64,000 bases of DNA. Source: an uncultured bacterium. GTDB taxonomy: Bacteria > Eisenbacteria > RBG-16-71-46 > CAIMUX01 > WJJG01. The DNA lies in NCBI GenBank assembly GCA_964612295.1, contig CAZTDY010000001.1, positions 48,032 through 112,031 on the forward strand. The letters run 5' to 3'. Positions 21,359 to 31,629 of the stretch are shown in pieces. Both the position numbers and the translations under genes were made by a program. Below the pieces are notes generated by a model. It saw only the letters and a list, made by a program, of their open reading frames with translations. It did not search any database and was not told the origin of the DNA. Positions within the stretch are counted from its first letter, which is position 1. Each line of letters opens with the position of its first letter.

Positions 21359-22053
21359 TCACCTTCGAGAAGGTCGGCAAGCGATACTCCGAGGCGGGCG
21401 ACCTGTGGGCCCTGGAGGATCTGAGCTTCCACATTGAATCCGGCGAGATGGTCTTCCTGCTGGGGGAGAGCGGCGCCGGTAAGAGCACCCTCCTGAAACT
21501 GATCACCCTCGAAGAGCGCCCGTCGAAGGGGAAGGTCCATGCGGTGGGCTTCGACAGCGAAACCATCACCCGGGCGCAGGTTCCCTTCCTCCGGCGCCGG
21601 TGCGGCATGGTCTTTCAGGATTTCAGGCTGATCAAGGACAAGACCATTTTCGAGAATGTGGCGTTCTGCCTGCGGATGACCGGGACCCTGGAGCGGCAGG
21701 TCATCACCCGGGCGGTGTCGCGGGTGCTGCGCAGCGTGGGGATCTACGGGAAGCGGAATGCGTTTCCGCATCAGCTCAGCGGTGGTGAGCAGCAACGCGC
21801 CGCGATCGGCCGCGCTCTGATCCATGAACCGCCCCTGCTGCTGGCCGACGAACCGACCGGCAATCTCGATCAGGCGACCGGCACGGAAATCATGACCCTG
21901 CTCGAACAGTTTCACGTGGCGGGAACCACGGTTATTGTGGCGACCCACAACATGGAGTTCGCCCGCCGGTTCGCCACCCGGATGATCACCTTGCACCAGG
22001 GGCAGATCGCCGAGGATCTTTTCCTGAGACCCCACGGCACGGAGATCTATTGA
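21355..22053 (+). CDS. ftsE: Cell-division ABC ATPase FtsE
   Basis: [27 protein letters not shown] and [12 protein letters not shown]. Confidence 0.95.
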   Translation: MITFEKVGKRYSEAGDLWALEDLSFHIESGEMVFLLGESGAGKSTLLKLITLEERPSKGKVHAVGFDSETITRAQVPFLRRRCGMVFQDFRLIKDKTIFENVAFCLRMTGTLERQVITRAVSRVLRSVGIYGKRNAFPHQLSGGEQQRAAIGRALIHEPPLLLADEPTGNLDQATGTEIMTLLEQFHVAGTTVIVATHNMEFARRFATRMITLHQGQIAEDLFLRPHGTEIY

Positions 22054-22940
22054 ACACGTTCACGTTCTTCATGCAGGAGGCGAACTCCTCCTTGCGCCGG
22101 AACCTGTCGGCGAGCTTCGCTGCGGTCACCGCGATCGCCGCGGTTCTCTTCCTGCTCAGCTTGCTGATGGTGGTCAGCCACAACATCCTCGTGCTGGCCG
22201 AACGGTTGGGAGAACGCAAGGGGCTGTCCGTTTTCCTCGACCCGGATCTGCCGGCCGAGCGGGTGAGCGAACTCGAACATCACTTCTCCAGCTTCCCGGA
22301 AGTGCGCGCGCTTCAAGTTGTCTCCCGCGCCGACGCGCTCCGAGAGATCGAGGAGGATCTGGGGCTGGAGAACATCGCCGAGGCGATCGGTGAGAATCCG
22401 CTCCCCGACGCGCTTCTCATCCTCCCCGATCCGGACCTGGACGACGCGGCCACCCTGGCCCGTCTGGCGGGAGAGATCGAAGCCTACGAAGGGGTCGAAG
22501 ACGTTCTCTACGGCGAGCGGTGGGTCGAGGCCCTCGATCGCGGGCTGACCATGGTCCAGCGGGCCAATGCGATCACCGGGTTTCTCGCGGTTCTGGCCAT
22601 CGTGCTGGTCCTCGGCAACACGCTGCGTCTCATCGTGCTCATGCGCGAAGAGACCCTCGCCATCATGAAGATGATGGGAGCGACCGACGCCTTCATCCGC
22701 TCTCCGTTTGTCCTGGCCGGGGTCATGCTCTGCCTGACCGGGGCCGTTCTGGCGCTGCTCATGCTTTACGCGGGTTACGTGGCCAGCGGCTACCTCTTTC
22801 CCGGGCTGCGGTTTCTCCCGACGATCTCCCTGGTGACGTTTGTCCTGGGGGTGGGTGTTGTCGGTGTGGCGGGCAGTCTCCTGACGGTCGAGGTGTCGAT
22901 CCGCCAGCTCGAGCGGCAGGGAGGGCACCTTGAAACATAG
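22050..22940 (+). CDS. ftsX: Cell-division permease FtsX
   Basis: FtsX topology with an N-terminal TM, a periplasmic domain and three C-terminal TMs. TTGA overlap with ftsE. Confidence 0.9.
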   Translation: MNTFTFFMQEANSSLRRNLSASFAAVTAIAAVLFLLSLLMVVSHNILVLAERLGERKGLSVFLDPDLPAERVSELEHHFSSFPEVRALQVVSRADALREIEEDLGLENIAEAIGENPLPDALLILPDPDLDDAATLARLAGEIEAYEGVEDVLYGERWVEALDRGLTMVQRANAITGFLAVLAIVLVLGNTLRLIVLMREETLAIMKMMGATDAFIRSPFVLAGVMLCLTGAVLALLMLYAGYVASGYLFPGLRFLPTISLVTFVLGVGVVGVAGSLLTVEVSIRQLERQGGHLET

Positions 22941-24111
22941 TGCCTTTGCGAACCTGACGATTCCGCTTCTCGCCACAGGTATGCTGGCCGCCGGCCTCCT
23001 GCTGGTGTCGGTGGCGGCGCAGGGTAGCTCCATCGAAGCGCTCATCCGGGAGCGGCAGGCGGAGCTCGCCGAGCTGAAACAGAAGGTCCAGGCGGGCCGA
23101 ACCAAGATCGCTCAGCTCCGGGAAGAGGGGAAGAATATCGAGGTCATCCTGACCGAGCTCGAACGACAGCGATCGAACGGCGAGCGCTATATCAAGACGC
23201 TCGACGACCAGGGGGCGGCCCTGGAGCGCGACATCGCGATCCGGCGCAGTGATCTCGACCGGAAGGAAGCCGGCCTGGAGGCCATTCGCACCGACTTGGG
23301 AGGTGCGCTGGTTCACTACTACAAGCTGGGCAGCATCAATGCGGCCGAGCTCATCGTCTCTTCGGCCACCTTCGGCGAGATTTTCGCGCGGACTCACTAT
23401 TGGGGGCGAATGGTCAAGAAGCTGCGCAGCAGTGTGGAGGTGGTGTCGGAACAGCGCGAGGCGATCGCCGCGGATCTGGATCAGATCGGCGCGCGCCGCA
23501 GCGAGGTCACCAGTCTGCGTTCGGATCGGGAGCGGGAGCTCGCCGCGCTCGGGCGGGAAGCCGAGCAGCGCAAGCAGGATCGGGCCGTCCTTCAACGGGA
23601 CATCGCGCGCTACGAGGAACAGACCCGCAAGCTCGAGGAATCCCAGGCCCGGATCGAGACGTTGATCGCGGATGCGCAACGGGGCGCGGGGACCTTTGCC
23701 GGCCAGGGACTGAGGCACATCCGCGGGCAGCTGGCCTGGCCGGTTCGCGGCAAGATCGTGACCCGCTTCGGCACGCACGTGCATCCGCGCTACGGGACGA
23801 GGGTCACCCAGAAAGGGATCGAGGTGGTCGCCGCTCACGGCACGCCCATCAAGGCCGTGGCGGCCGGCCGGGTCGTGTATGCTGGCTGGCTGGGGGGCTA
23901 CGGCAAGACGGTGATCTTAGAGCACGGGCAGGATTACTTCACGCTCTATGCCCATGCGTCCGTGATCGACGTGCCCCAGGGCGAGATCGTGGCTGAAGGA
24001 CAACGAATCGCCCAGGTTGGCGATACCGATTCGCTGAAGGGGAGCAGCCTGCACTTCGAGATCCGCAAGGGTTCCGAGGCGCTCGATCCGCAGCTCTGGC
24101 TCCGGCGGTAG
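22930..24111 (+). CDS. EnvC-like murein hydrolase activator: coiled coil plus M23 peptidase domain
   Basis: Signal/TM region, long coiled coil, then a C-terminal M23 domain (GIEVVAAHGTPIKAVAAGRVVYAGWLGGYGKTVILEHGQDYFTLYAH...SSLHFEIR). Confidence 0.85.
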   Translation: MKHSAFANLTIPLLATGMLAAGLLLVSVAAQGSSIEALIRERQAELAELKQKVQAGRTKIAQLREEGKNIEVILTELERQRSNGERYIKTLDDQGAALERDIAIRRSDLDRKEAGLEAIRTDLGGALVHYYKLGSINAAELIVSSATFGEIFARTHYWGRMVKKLRSSVEVVSEQREAIAADLDQIGARRSEVTSLRSDRERELAALGREAEQRKQDRAVLQRDIARYEEQTRKLEESQARIETLIADAQRGAGTFAGQGLRHIRGQLAWPVRGKIVTRFGTHVHPRYGTRVTQKGIEVVAAHGTPIKAVAAGRVVYAGWLGGYGKTVILEHGQDYFTLYAHASVIDVPQGEIVAEGQRIAQVGDTDSLKGSSLHFEIRKGSEALDPQLWLRR

Positions 24112-24143
24112 CTGCAGACCGGATCGCCGATGCCGCTGCTCAG

Positions 24144-25280
24144 GTGGACCGCAACGAGAAGGAGAGACGCAAGGTGACGGGCGGGTCCTCGGCGATCCTC
24201 TGGGATCGCCTTAGACACCAGGACCGCGCTTCCGCGGCCCTGCGGGAGGCCTGGAAGCGGGGCCGAACCGCCCACGCGGTCCTCATTTGGGGGCCCGAGG
24301 GGGTCGGCAAGACCCGCGCTGCCCATGCGTTTGCCCAGCAACTCCTGTGCGCAGGCGACCCAGTGCCCTGCGGCAGTTGCGTTCCCTGCGGGCAGACGGC
24401 CCGCTTCACGCACCCCGACATCCACGTGGTGCTCCCGGGCCGCGTGGAGGACGATACGCATCAGAAGGCGCTTGAAGCTTTCGGGTCAGATCCCTACCAT
24501 TGCTGGGAGATACCGGCGAACGCCACAATTGGTATCGAGCGAATCCGGGCCCTGAAGGCGGAAGCCTCCAAGGCGCGGGTGGGGACGGGGAACCGGGTGG
24601 CGATCATCCGGGACGCCGAGAGAATGACACCTGAAGCAGCGCAAGCGGCGCTGAAGCTCATAGAGGAGCCCCAGGACGGGACCTATCTGATCCTTACGTG
24701 CCAAGACCCTAAGCAGCTTCTCCCCACAATTCTCTCTCGCTGCCAACGGATTCGTCTGCGCCCGTTACCGCGCTCCTTCCTCGGGGAGGTGCTGTCGGAC
24801 CAGGGGGAGGCGGCTCAAGGGGCGGTCGATCTTGTGTCGTCTCTGGCTCAGGGAAGCCTCGGGCAGGCCCTGCGGCTGCTGGATGAAGACGTGGCGGCTC
24901 TCCGGGATCTGGCTCTGAATCTGTTCGACGCCCCTCTGTCCGATGTGGGCGCCGTGCGAGATAAGGTCAGGCCGTTGGAGCGTCCACCGGGAAAACACTG
25001 GAACCCGGAGCGCGCGCGAACGGTCGTGGATCTGATGATGCGATGGTATGAGGATCTGCTGCTCGTTCGCAGCGGTTTGAGTGATGATGCCGTGGCCAAT
25101 CGGGACCGCCTGGAGCAGGTGAGGACCCAGGCCCGGCAGGTCTCGGTCGAAGAACTCAAGCGCCGCATCGGGATTCTCGAGGAGATGGTCGCCGCCATCC
25201 GGCAAAACGTGAATCCGATGCTCTCGCTTCAGACGGCGCTTCTGCGCCTGAATGGTCTGGCCGAGACGAACGACATCTGA
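24144..25280 (+). CDS. holB: DNA polymerase III delta-prime subunit
   Basis: AHAVLIWGPEGVGKTRAAHAFAQQLLC...CGSCVPCGQTARFTHPDIHVV. The start is uncertain (GTG 24144 or GTG 24172). Confidence 0.85.
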   Translation: MDRNEKERRKVTGGSSAILWDRLRHQDRASAALREAWKRGRTAHAVLIWGPEGVGKTRAAHAFAQQLLCAGDPVPCGSCVPCGQTARFTHPDIHVVLPGRVEDDTHQKALEAFGSDPYHCWEIPANATIGIERIRALKAEASKARVGTGNRVAIIRDAERMTPEAAQAALKLIEEPQDGTYLILTCQDPKQLLPTILSRCQRIRLRPLPRSFLGEVLSDQGEAAQGAVDLVSSLAQGSLGQALRLLDEDVAALRDLALNLFDAPLSDVGAVRDKVRPLERPPGKHWNPERARTVVDLMMRWYEDLLLVRSGLSDDAVANRDRLEQVRTQARQVSVEELKRRIGILEEMVAAIRQNVNPMLSLQTALLRLNGLAETNDI

Positions 25281-25330
25281 GGCATAGAGACTGCCGCCGG
25301 GCCCGGCTCGGACGGCTGGAGACAACATAC

Positions 25331-26416
25331 ATGTCCTTTGCAGATACCGATCACCAACCCGAAGCCGAACCCACGCCCGAGGACCAACCTCGCAGCCAAG
25401 CGGCAGCGGAAGAACCATCCGGGAACGACACCCCCCCCTCCCAGGGCGATCAGCCATCAGACGCGGCCTCGCCGGAGAAGCCGGGCAGGGGAGACCACGG
25501 CTCCGACGGGCAGCGGGGAGGCGGCGGCCGGCCCCGCCGACGCGGGGGGGAATCGAAGGAGTTTCCGGAACAGATCGGCCCCTACTACCACATCGCCTTC
25601 CGCGGGGGGCGGCGCGAGGTCTTCGTGAACCCCAAGAAGCTCGACCTGCGGCTCCAGACGCCGGTCTTGGTCGAAGCCGAGCGGGGGAAGGACCTGGGTT
25701 GGGTGGCGGTCTGCGACGGCGAGCCGCTCAAGCGCCGCAAGGGTCAACCCCTTCGCGGCATCCTGCGAGTCGCGACCGAGGAGGAGGTCTCCCGGCTGGC
25801 GGTACTCTCCGAAGAAGATCAGGAAGCGCTCGAGATCTGCCGGGGTCGAGCGGAGAACTTCAATCTCGAGATGAAGATCATCGACGCGGAAACCCAGTTC
25901 GACGGCAACCGGGTCACCTTCTACTTCACCGCCGAGCGCCGGGTCGATTTCCGCGAGCTGGTCCGCGACCTGGCCAGCATTTTCCGCACCCGGATTGAAT
26001 TGCGTCAGGTGGGAGCCCGGGATGCCGCCCGGCGCTGCGACGGCATGGGGCCTTGCGGCCGCCAGCTCTGTTGCACGACCCATCTGCTCGAATTCGAGCC
26101 GGTTACGCTGAAGATGGCCAAGGAGCAGAATCTGAGCCTCAACCCCGTCAAGATCTCCGGCTCCTGCGGCCGGCTGATGTGTTGCTTGACCTACGAGTGT
26201 GCGGCGTATCAGGCTGCGGTGCAGAGCGCTCCGCCCATCGGCTCGCGGTGGCGGCTTCGCAAACAGGAGGTCGAGGTGACCGGGCACGACATCGGCAACA
26301 ACCGGGTCATCATCGGCAACGCCGAAAACGAGACGACAGCGATTGACCTGGACGACTTCGAGGCCCGCGCCCGCCCGGCCGGCAAGCGTCCGCCCGAATC
26401 CGGCGACCATGATTGA
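25331..26416 (+). CDS. ricT: PSP1 C-terminal domain protein (RicT/YaaT family) with an approximately 100-aa acidic, Pro-rich N-terminal extension
   Basis: Conserved core YYHIAFRGG...RIELRQVGARDAARRCDGMGPCGRQLCCTTHLLEFEPVTLKMAKEQNLSLNPVKISGSCGRLMCCLTYE. Confidence 0.85.
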   Translation: MSFADTDHQPEAEPTPEDQPRSQAAAEEPSGNDTPPSQGDQPSDAASPEKPGRGDHGSDGQRGGGGRPRRRGGESKEFPEQIGPYYHIAFRGGRREVFVNPKKLDLRLQTPVLVEAERGKDLGWVAVCDGEPLKRRKGQPLRGILRVATEEEVSRLAVLSEEDQEALEICRGRAENFNLEMKIIDAETQFDGNRVTFYFTAERRVDFRELVRDLASIFRTRIELRQVGARDAARRCDGMGPCGRQLCCTTHLLEFEPVTLKMAKEQNLSLNPVKISGSCGRLMCCLTYECAAYQAAVQSAPPIGSRWRLRKQEVEVTGHDIGNNRVIIGNAENETTAIDLDDFEARARPAGKRPPESGDHD

Positions 26417-27203
26417 CACCCACGCACATGTCCATCTTCCGCAGTATGCCGCCGACCGCGCGCAGGTGGTGGCGCGCAACTTCGCCATCGGGTTGACCGG
26501 GTTTCTGGAAGTCAATATCAGCTTCCGCGGCTGGCCATCCGTGAAACGCCTGATCGAGGGGGATCCCCGAATCGTGGGAACGGTGGGCATCCATCCCCAC
26601 GAGGCGGCGCGGGAGACCATCTCTGATCTGCGGGCGCTCGAGCCCGAACTCGATCACGGGGCGGCGATCGCGGTGGGGGAAACCGGCCTGGACACCTATC
26701 GTGACTACGCCCCGATCGAAGCCCAACAGAAGCTCTTTCGTTATCAGATCGGGTGGGCCCGGGAGACGGGTCTGCCTCTGGTCCTTCACTGCCGAAGCAC
26801 CTTCCCGGAGGTGTTCGCGGCCCTCGACGAGGAGGGTGGCGGTGAGGTGGGGGGCGTCTTCCACTGTTTCTCGGGGGGGCTGCCGGAGCTCAAGGAGGTG
26901 GTCGCGCGCGGATTCTACGTGGGCCTGGGCGGGGCGGTGACCTACTCGCCCGACCGCTGGGCGCGGATCCTTCCGCACCTCCCGCTCGACCGATTGTTGT
27001 TCGAAACCGACTGCCCCTACCTGCGCCCTGCCCCCGATCGGAAGGGACGCAATGAGCCGGCCATGGTCTTCCTGGTCGCCGAGCAGGTCGCCGAGATGTT
27101 GGGGCGCCCGGCCATAGAGCTCGAACGGCTGGCCGATGAAAACGCGGACCGCCTCTTCGGCCTGCCCGAGGCGATGGTCGGCTCCACGGGGGAGTCGTCG
27201 TGA
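26409..27203 (+). CDS. tatD: TatD family metal-dependent hydrolase
   Basis: MIDTHAHVH...GETGLDTY...LPLVLHCR...GVFHCFSGG...LLFETDCPYL. It overlaps the ricT stop. Confidence 0.9.
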   Translation: MIDTHAHVHLPQYAADRAQVVARNFAIGLTGFLEVNISFRGWPSVKRLIEGDPRIVGTVGIHPHEAARETISDLRALEPELDHGAAIAVGETGLDTYRDYAPIEAQQKLFRYQIGWARETGLPLVLHCRSTFPEVFAALDEEGGGEVGGVFHCFSGGLPELKEVVARGFYVGLGGAVTYSPDRWARILPHLPLDRLLFETDCPYLRPAPDRKGRNEPAMVFLVAEQVAEMLGRPAIELERLADENADRLFGLPEAMVGSTGESS

Positions 27204-28057
27204 AGCCCTCTGGCACGCGACAGTACCTGAAGGCCCACGGGATCACGCCCAGGAAGTCCTGGGGCCAGAATTTCCTGGTGGGCCCCGCCATCCCGGAGCG
27301 CCTGGTGCAAGGCTGGGATCTGCAGCCCGGCACGGGGGTATTTGAAATCGGAGCCGGGGCCGGAGCGCTGACGCGGCCGCTGCTCGAGCGCGGGATTCCC
27401 GTGGTGGCCGTGGAGCGGGACCGCCGGCTGTGCGGACTGCTCCGGGATCGATTCGAGGACGCTGACGACCCGGATCGATTTCGACTGATCGAGGGGGACA
27501 TCCTCGCTCTCGATCCCGCGGAGCATCTGGCGGCGATGCGAAGGGTGACGAGCTGGGTGCTGGTGGGCAATCTGCCCTATTCCATCATCACCCCGATTCT
27601 CGAATGGGCGATCGCCCACCGCGAACGCTTTGTGTGGGCTGCATTTATGGTCCAGCGCGAGTATGGGGCCCGAATGGCCGCGCGGCCCGGCACCTCGGAG
27701 TACGGCTCGCTGACGCTCTGGGCCGGGTACCATTTCAGGATCGAGAAGGAAATGGCTGTGGGAGCATCCCACTTCTGGCCGATGCCGAAAGTAGAGTCAG
27801 TGGTTCTTCGCCTGACGCCCTGGGAGACGCCTCCGGTCGAGGTCCCTTCAGCCGAGGCTTTTGAACGGGTGGTGCGGGCCGCGTTCGCGCACCGGCGGAA
27901 GATGCTCGGCGGATCGCTGGCGCGGGCTCTGGATTTGTCGCGCGAGGAGGTCCTTACCATCTTGCGCAACGCGGGCATAGACCCGAAACTGCGCGCCGAA
28001 CAATGCGATGCCAACGCTCTGGCGGCCCTGACCCGGGCCTGGGCCGAGCGAAGGTAG
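27200..28057 (+). CDS. rsmA: 16S rRNA (adenine1518/1519-N6)-dimethyltransferase
   Basis: GQNFLVGPAI...VFEIGAGAGALT...VVAVERD...GNLPYSI. GTGA overlap with tatD. Confidence 0.9.
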   Translation: MKPSGTRQYLKAHGITPRKSWGQNFLVGPAIPERLVQGWDLQPGTGVFEIGAGAGALTRPLLERGIPVVAVERDRRLCGLLRDRFEDADDPDRFRLIEGDILALDPAEHLAAMRRVTSWVLVGNLPYSIITPILEWAIAHRERFVWAAFMVQREYGARMAARPGTSEYGSLTLWAGYHFRIEKEMAVGASHFWPMPKVESVVLRLTPWETPPVEVPSAEAFERVVRAAFAHRRKMLGGSLARALDLSREEVLTILRNAGIDPKLRAEQCDANALAALTRAWAERR

Positions 28058-28075
28058 GCAGAAAGGGGGAGGGGA

Positions 28076-28834
28076 ATGTCACAGGGGATGATCGGGATCG
28101 TGCTCGCCGGCGGGCTGGGCTCCAGGCTCCATCCGTTGACGAAGGTCACCAACAAACACCTTGTGCCCGTGCACGACAAACCGATGATCTACTACCCGAT
28201 CCGGACTCTCGTGCAGGCCGGGATTCGTGACATCCTGCTCGTCACCGGGGGGAACAGTGCCGGCGACTTCCTCAAGCTCCTGGGCAACGGCAAGGAGTTC
28301 GGGCTCGAGCACCTCGACTATGTCTATCAGGAAGGCGAGGGCGGCATCGCCGCCGCGCTGTCCTTGGCTCGCTACTACGCCGAGGGCAAACGGATGGTGG
28401 TCATTCTCGGAGACAACATCATCGAGGACGACATCTCGGCCCATGTCGAGTCCTATCGCCGCCAGTCCGAGGGGGCGAAGATCCTCCTGAAAGAGGTGCC
28501 GGATCCGCAGCGGTTCGGCGTGGCGGAGCTCGATGGAGACCGGGTGGTGGGGATCGAGGAGAAACCCGCGAATCCCAAAACCCGCTATGCCGTCACCGGA
28601 ATCTATATGTACGATGACCGGGTTTTCTCGATCATCGATGATCTCGAACCGTCGAAGCGCGGAGAGTTGGAGATCACCGACGTCAACAACAACTATATCC
28701 GCAGCGGCAGCCTGACCTTTGACTTCCTCAAGGGATGGTGGACCGACGCGGGCACATTCGAGTCGCTTCTCAAGGCGACTCTGTTGGTGGCGAAGAAGGA
28801 AGGCGCGCTTTCGAAGCACATGTTGGAGCTCTAG
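28076..28834 (+). CDS. Sugar-phosphate nucleotidyltransferase, short RmlA/glucose-1-phosphate thymidylyltransferase-like form
   Basis: GIVLAGGLGSRLHPLTKVTNKHLVPVHDKPMIYYPIRTLVQAGIRDILLV...VILGDNI...YAVTGIYMYD. Confidence 0.8.
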   Translation: MSQGMIGIVLAGGLGSRLHPLTKVTNKHLVPVHDKPMIYYPIRTLVQAGIRDILLVTGGNSAGDFLKLLGNGKEFGLEHLDYVYQEGEGGIAAALSLARYYAEGKRMVVILGDNIIEDDISAHVESYRRQSEGAKILLKEVPDPQRFGVAELDGDRVVGIEEKPANPKTRYAVTGIYMYDDRVFSIIDDLEPSKRGELEITDVNNNYIRSGSLTFDFLKGWWTDAGTFESLLKATLLVAKKEGALSKHMLEL

Positions 28835-28837
28835 CGT

Positions 28838-30771
28838 TGGCGCATCCCCCCCGAAAGAACGGCATCCGGAGCCGGCGTTGGCCGTGGTCGCCCTTGCTCG
28901 GGCCGGCTCTCGCCCTGTTGGGGTGCGCGCTTCCCGCTCAGGCGGCCTCGGTCCTCTCACATTGGCAGATTCAGCCGGTCTACCGGACCGACTACAAGGT
29001 CAGTGAGTCGGAGAAGGACTGGAAACAGAGCCTCACTTTCGGGCGCGCGAGCGAGCGGCTCGCCTTTGACTTGCGCATGACCAGCGGCCGCCGGGAGAAT
29101 GAGCGGCGCAACAACTTCCGCCGCAACGACGACAAGATGATCCTCGGCCTCAGTCGCCCGATTCCGCTGGGCACGGTGAGCCTGGAGAGTTCTTTTCTCC
29201 GGCTCGCCGATATCACCGATCGATCGAAGAAGGCCAGCACGGACGAGACCGTGGACCTGGTGAGCAGCCTCGCTCTCCTCACGCGTGAGGATGCGTCGCT
29301 GAACCTCAAGATGAACGCCGGCTATCTGCGTGAGGTCAATACGCAGATCCGCTACGGGTCCCGGGCCTCGGTTGACTCGACCATCGCTCCGGGGTGGACC
29401 GGGGGGAGCTCCCTCAACAGCAAGTGGAATCCGGGGGACACCTTCGCGTTCACCGGTCGGTTCTTCTACGATACGACCGTTCAGGAATCGGAGACTTTCC
29501 GCACCGAGACGAGCAGCACCGATACCCTGCATACGGAGCAGAAGAACACGGATCGCTCCTTCTCCATGAACGGTGATTTCACGGTCGAATGGGACCGCTA
29601 CGAACTTCTGTCGGTGTCCTACCGGGGCGGTTTCAAGGACAGCGAATCGCAGTATTACCACGCGGCCGAAGAGGCCCAGGAGAGCAAGAGGATCGTGGAG
29701 CGGCGTTCGGTCATGCAGCTCTATGGTGAACGGAAGGACAGCTTCGGCTACGTGCTCGAATACAGCCTTCGCGAAAACGAGACCGACTTCGTCCTGCTCA
29801 ACACCGATCGGAGCAATACGTCGGACGACGTCTCGATCGGGGGGTACTACAACCTCGGCGGGATCCCTCTCCTGGGAAGCATCCCGGGAGTCAGGGGCAC
29901 AGAGTTCAGCGTGGAACTCAATTCCTCGGACGGGCAGTCCGTCACGCAGGGAACGGCGTCCTATAACACCCGGCGGCAGGAGCTCAATTCCGAGGTTCGC
30001 CGGCGGTTCGCAACAATTCTCGAACTCGTCGGCAAGTACCGCGAATCACTGACGCAGGATATGTACGGAGACGGAGCGCTGGACAAGGACCGCCTTCGGA
30101 CCGAGCTCAATGGGACCATCAAGTACACGCCGTCGCCGGGCTTCAGGGCAAACCTGACCTACACGGCCAAGTCCGAGGAATCGATCAAGATTCCGGCGGC
30201 GACCGCCGCGCAAACGCAGCAGAAAGACGACCACAACGTGAACGGGAGCTACACCTGGACGCTGCCGTTCGGCCCGATCATCAAGCAGACGATCCAGCTT
30301 GGGGCGACCTACACCTACTACGTTTTCGACGAGGACAAGAACGACCTGACCCGCAACAACCGCGTGGTCTCCGAACTCGATCTGCCGCTCTTCCCGGGCA
30401 CCATGCTGGGGATCAAACACACCTATCGGCGAAACGACAGTGGGGCCCATCAGTACGCGGAGGACCGGCGCTTCCGCACCTACGCGCCCAGCAGGAAGTC
30501 GCTTTCTCAGAACCTCAGGGTCAATCTGCGGTATGAGTTCCCGGGTGGATTCCACATTGCCGCCCAGCAGGTGATGGATCTGAATCACAACACCACGGTG
30601 AGTACGGGCAGTGTCCGCTCCACGGAGAAGTACGAGTTCACCGGCAAGGCCGGACTCAAGCGGACCTTTTCGAGCGGTCTCAATCTGACGGCTCAGATCC
30701 AACGTGTGAACAGCAACGTGAAGGACGACTTCTGGCGGGTCAATGCAGTGCTGGAGAAGACGTTCAAATGA
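28838..30771 (+). CDS. Putative outer-membrane beta-barrel protein (about 640 aa), family not recognised
   Basis: Likely TTG start giving the signal peptide MAHPPRKNGIRSRRWPWSPLLGPALALLGCALPAQA|AS. Amphipathic beta-strand periodicity runs throughout, and the C-terminus is ...FWRVNAVLEKTFK. Confidence 0.55.
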
Positions 30772-31388
30772 AGACTTCAACACGAATGCTCGTTTGCAGC
30801 CGACTCGCGGTCCTTGCGCTCCTGTGCCTGGGGTTTGCCGGGGGGTGCCTGTTCACGCCCCGGGAGCCCGAGGATCCGGGTGGGGGGGTGGCCCTTCCCG
30901 ATTGGGTCGATCCTACAACCCTGGGGGACGCCCTCGGCAATATGGAGCGAGCGTTGGAGGCCAAGTCGCTCACCAACTACGGTCAGTCCTTCAATGAGGG
31001 CGGAGAATTCGAGCTCATCTTTGACATCACCGATGAGGGTGAGCTGGGCGACCTGAGCATTTTCGAATCCTGGAGCGGCGAGCAGGAAGAGCAGCGAATG
31101 GACGGGATCGTTGCGGCCGCCGCTGCCGACGTCGAGGTCGAATGGGTGTTCACCGCCGAGACCGACTCAATAGACGAATCCGTTAGTGAGCGATATTATA
31201 AGGACTTAGGGTACAATCTCACCTTCAGCAAGGGCGGGGCCAGCGCGACCTACTCGGGCTCGGTGGACATGTGGTTCGAAGACAACGGCTCCGGGCTCTG
31301 GTTCATCTCCAGGTGGATCGACAAACGGTCCCACGCCACGAATATGACCTGGGGGTGGCTGAGAGCGAAGAACACGGTCGAGTTCTAG
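30768..31388 (+). CDS. Lipoprotein, hypothetical (206 aa)
   Basis: Signal peptide with lipobox (LALLCLGFAGGC). ATGA overlap with the upstream barrel gene. Paralogous to 31630..32262. Confidence 0.6.
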   Translation: MKTSTRMLVCSRLAVLALLCLGFAGGCLFTPREPEDPGGGVALPDWVDPTTLGDALGNMERALEAKSLTNYGQSFNEGGEFELIFDITDEGELGDLSIFESWSGEQEEQRMDGIVAAAAADVEVEWVFTAETDSIDESVSERYYKDLGYNLTFSKGGASATYSGSVDMWFEDNGSGLWFISRWIDKRSHATNMTWGWLRAKNTVEF

Positions 31389-31629
31389 GCCGGCCCTCGC
31401 CCGCTGGGCCCCGGCGTGTGCTTTCCCGCCCGCTCGCCCAACCGAAAGCGGACAAAGAGGTTGCCGAGCAGCCCCCGCGTGGGGCACGATTATTGCGCAT
31501 TGGCCGAAACCTGCCACGCGACAGTCGGTTTAGAGACACAGGATCGAGGCCGCCGCCGCATCCGTCGATAGGTGAGAATGCCCAACTAGAATAGGTTCGC
31601 CTTTCCGGCACCCTACAGGAGACTCAGTG

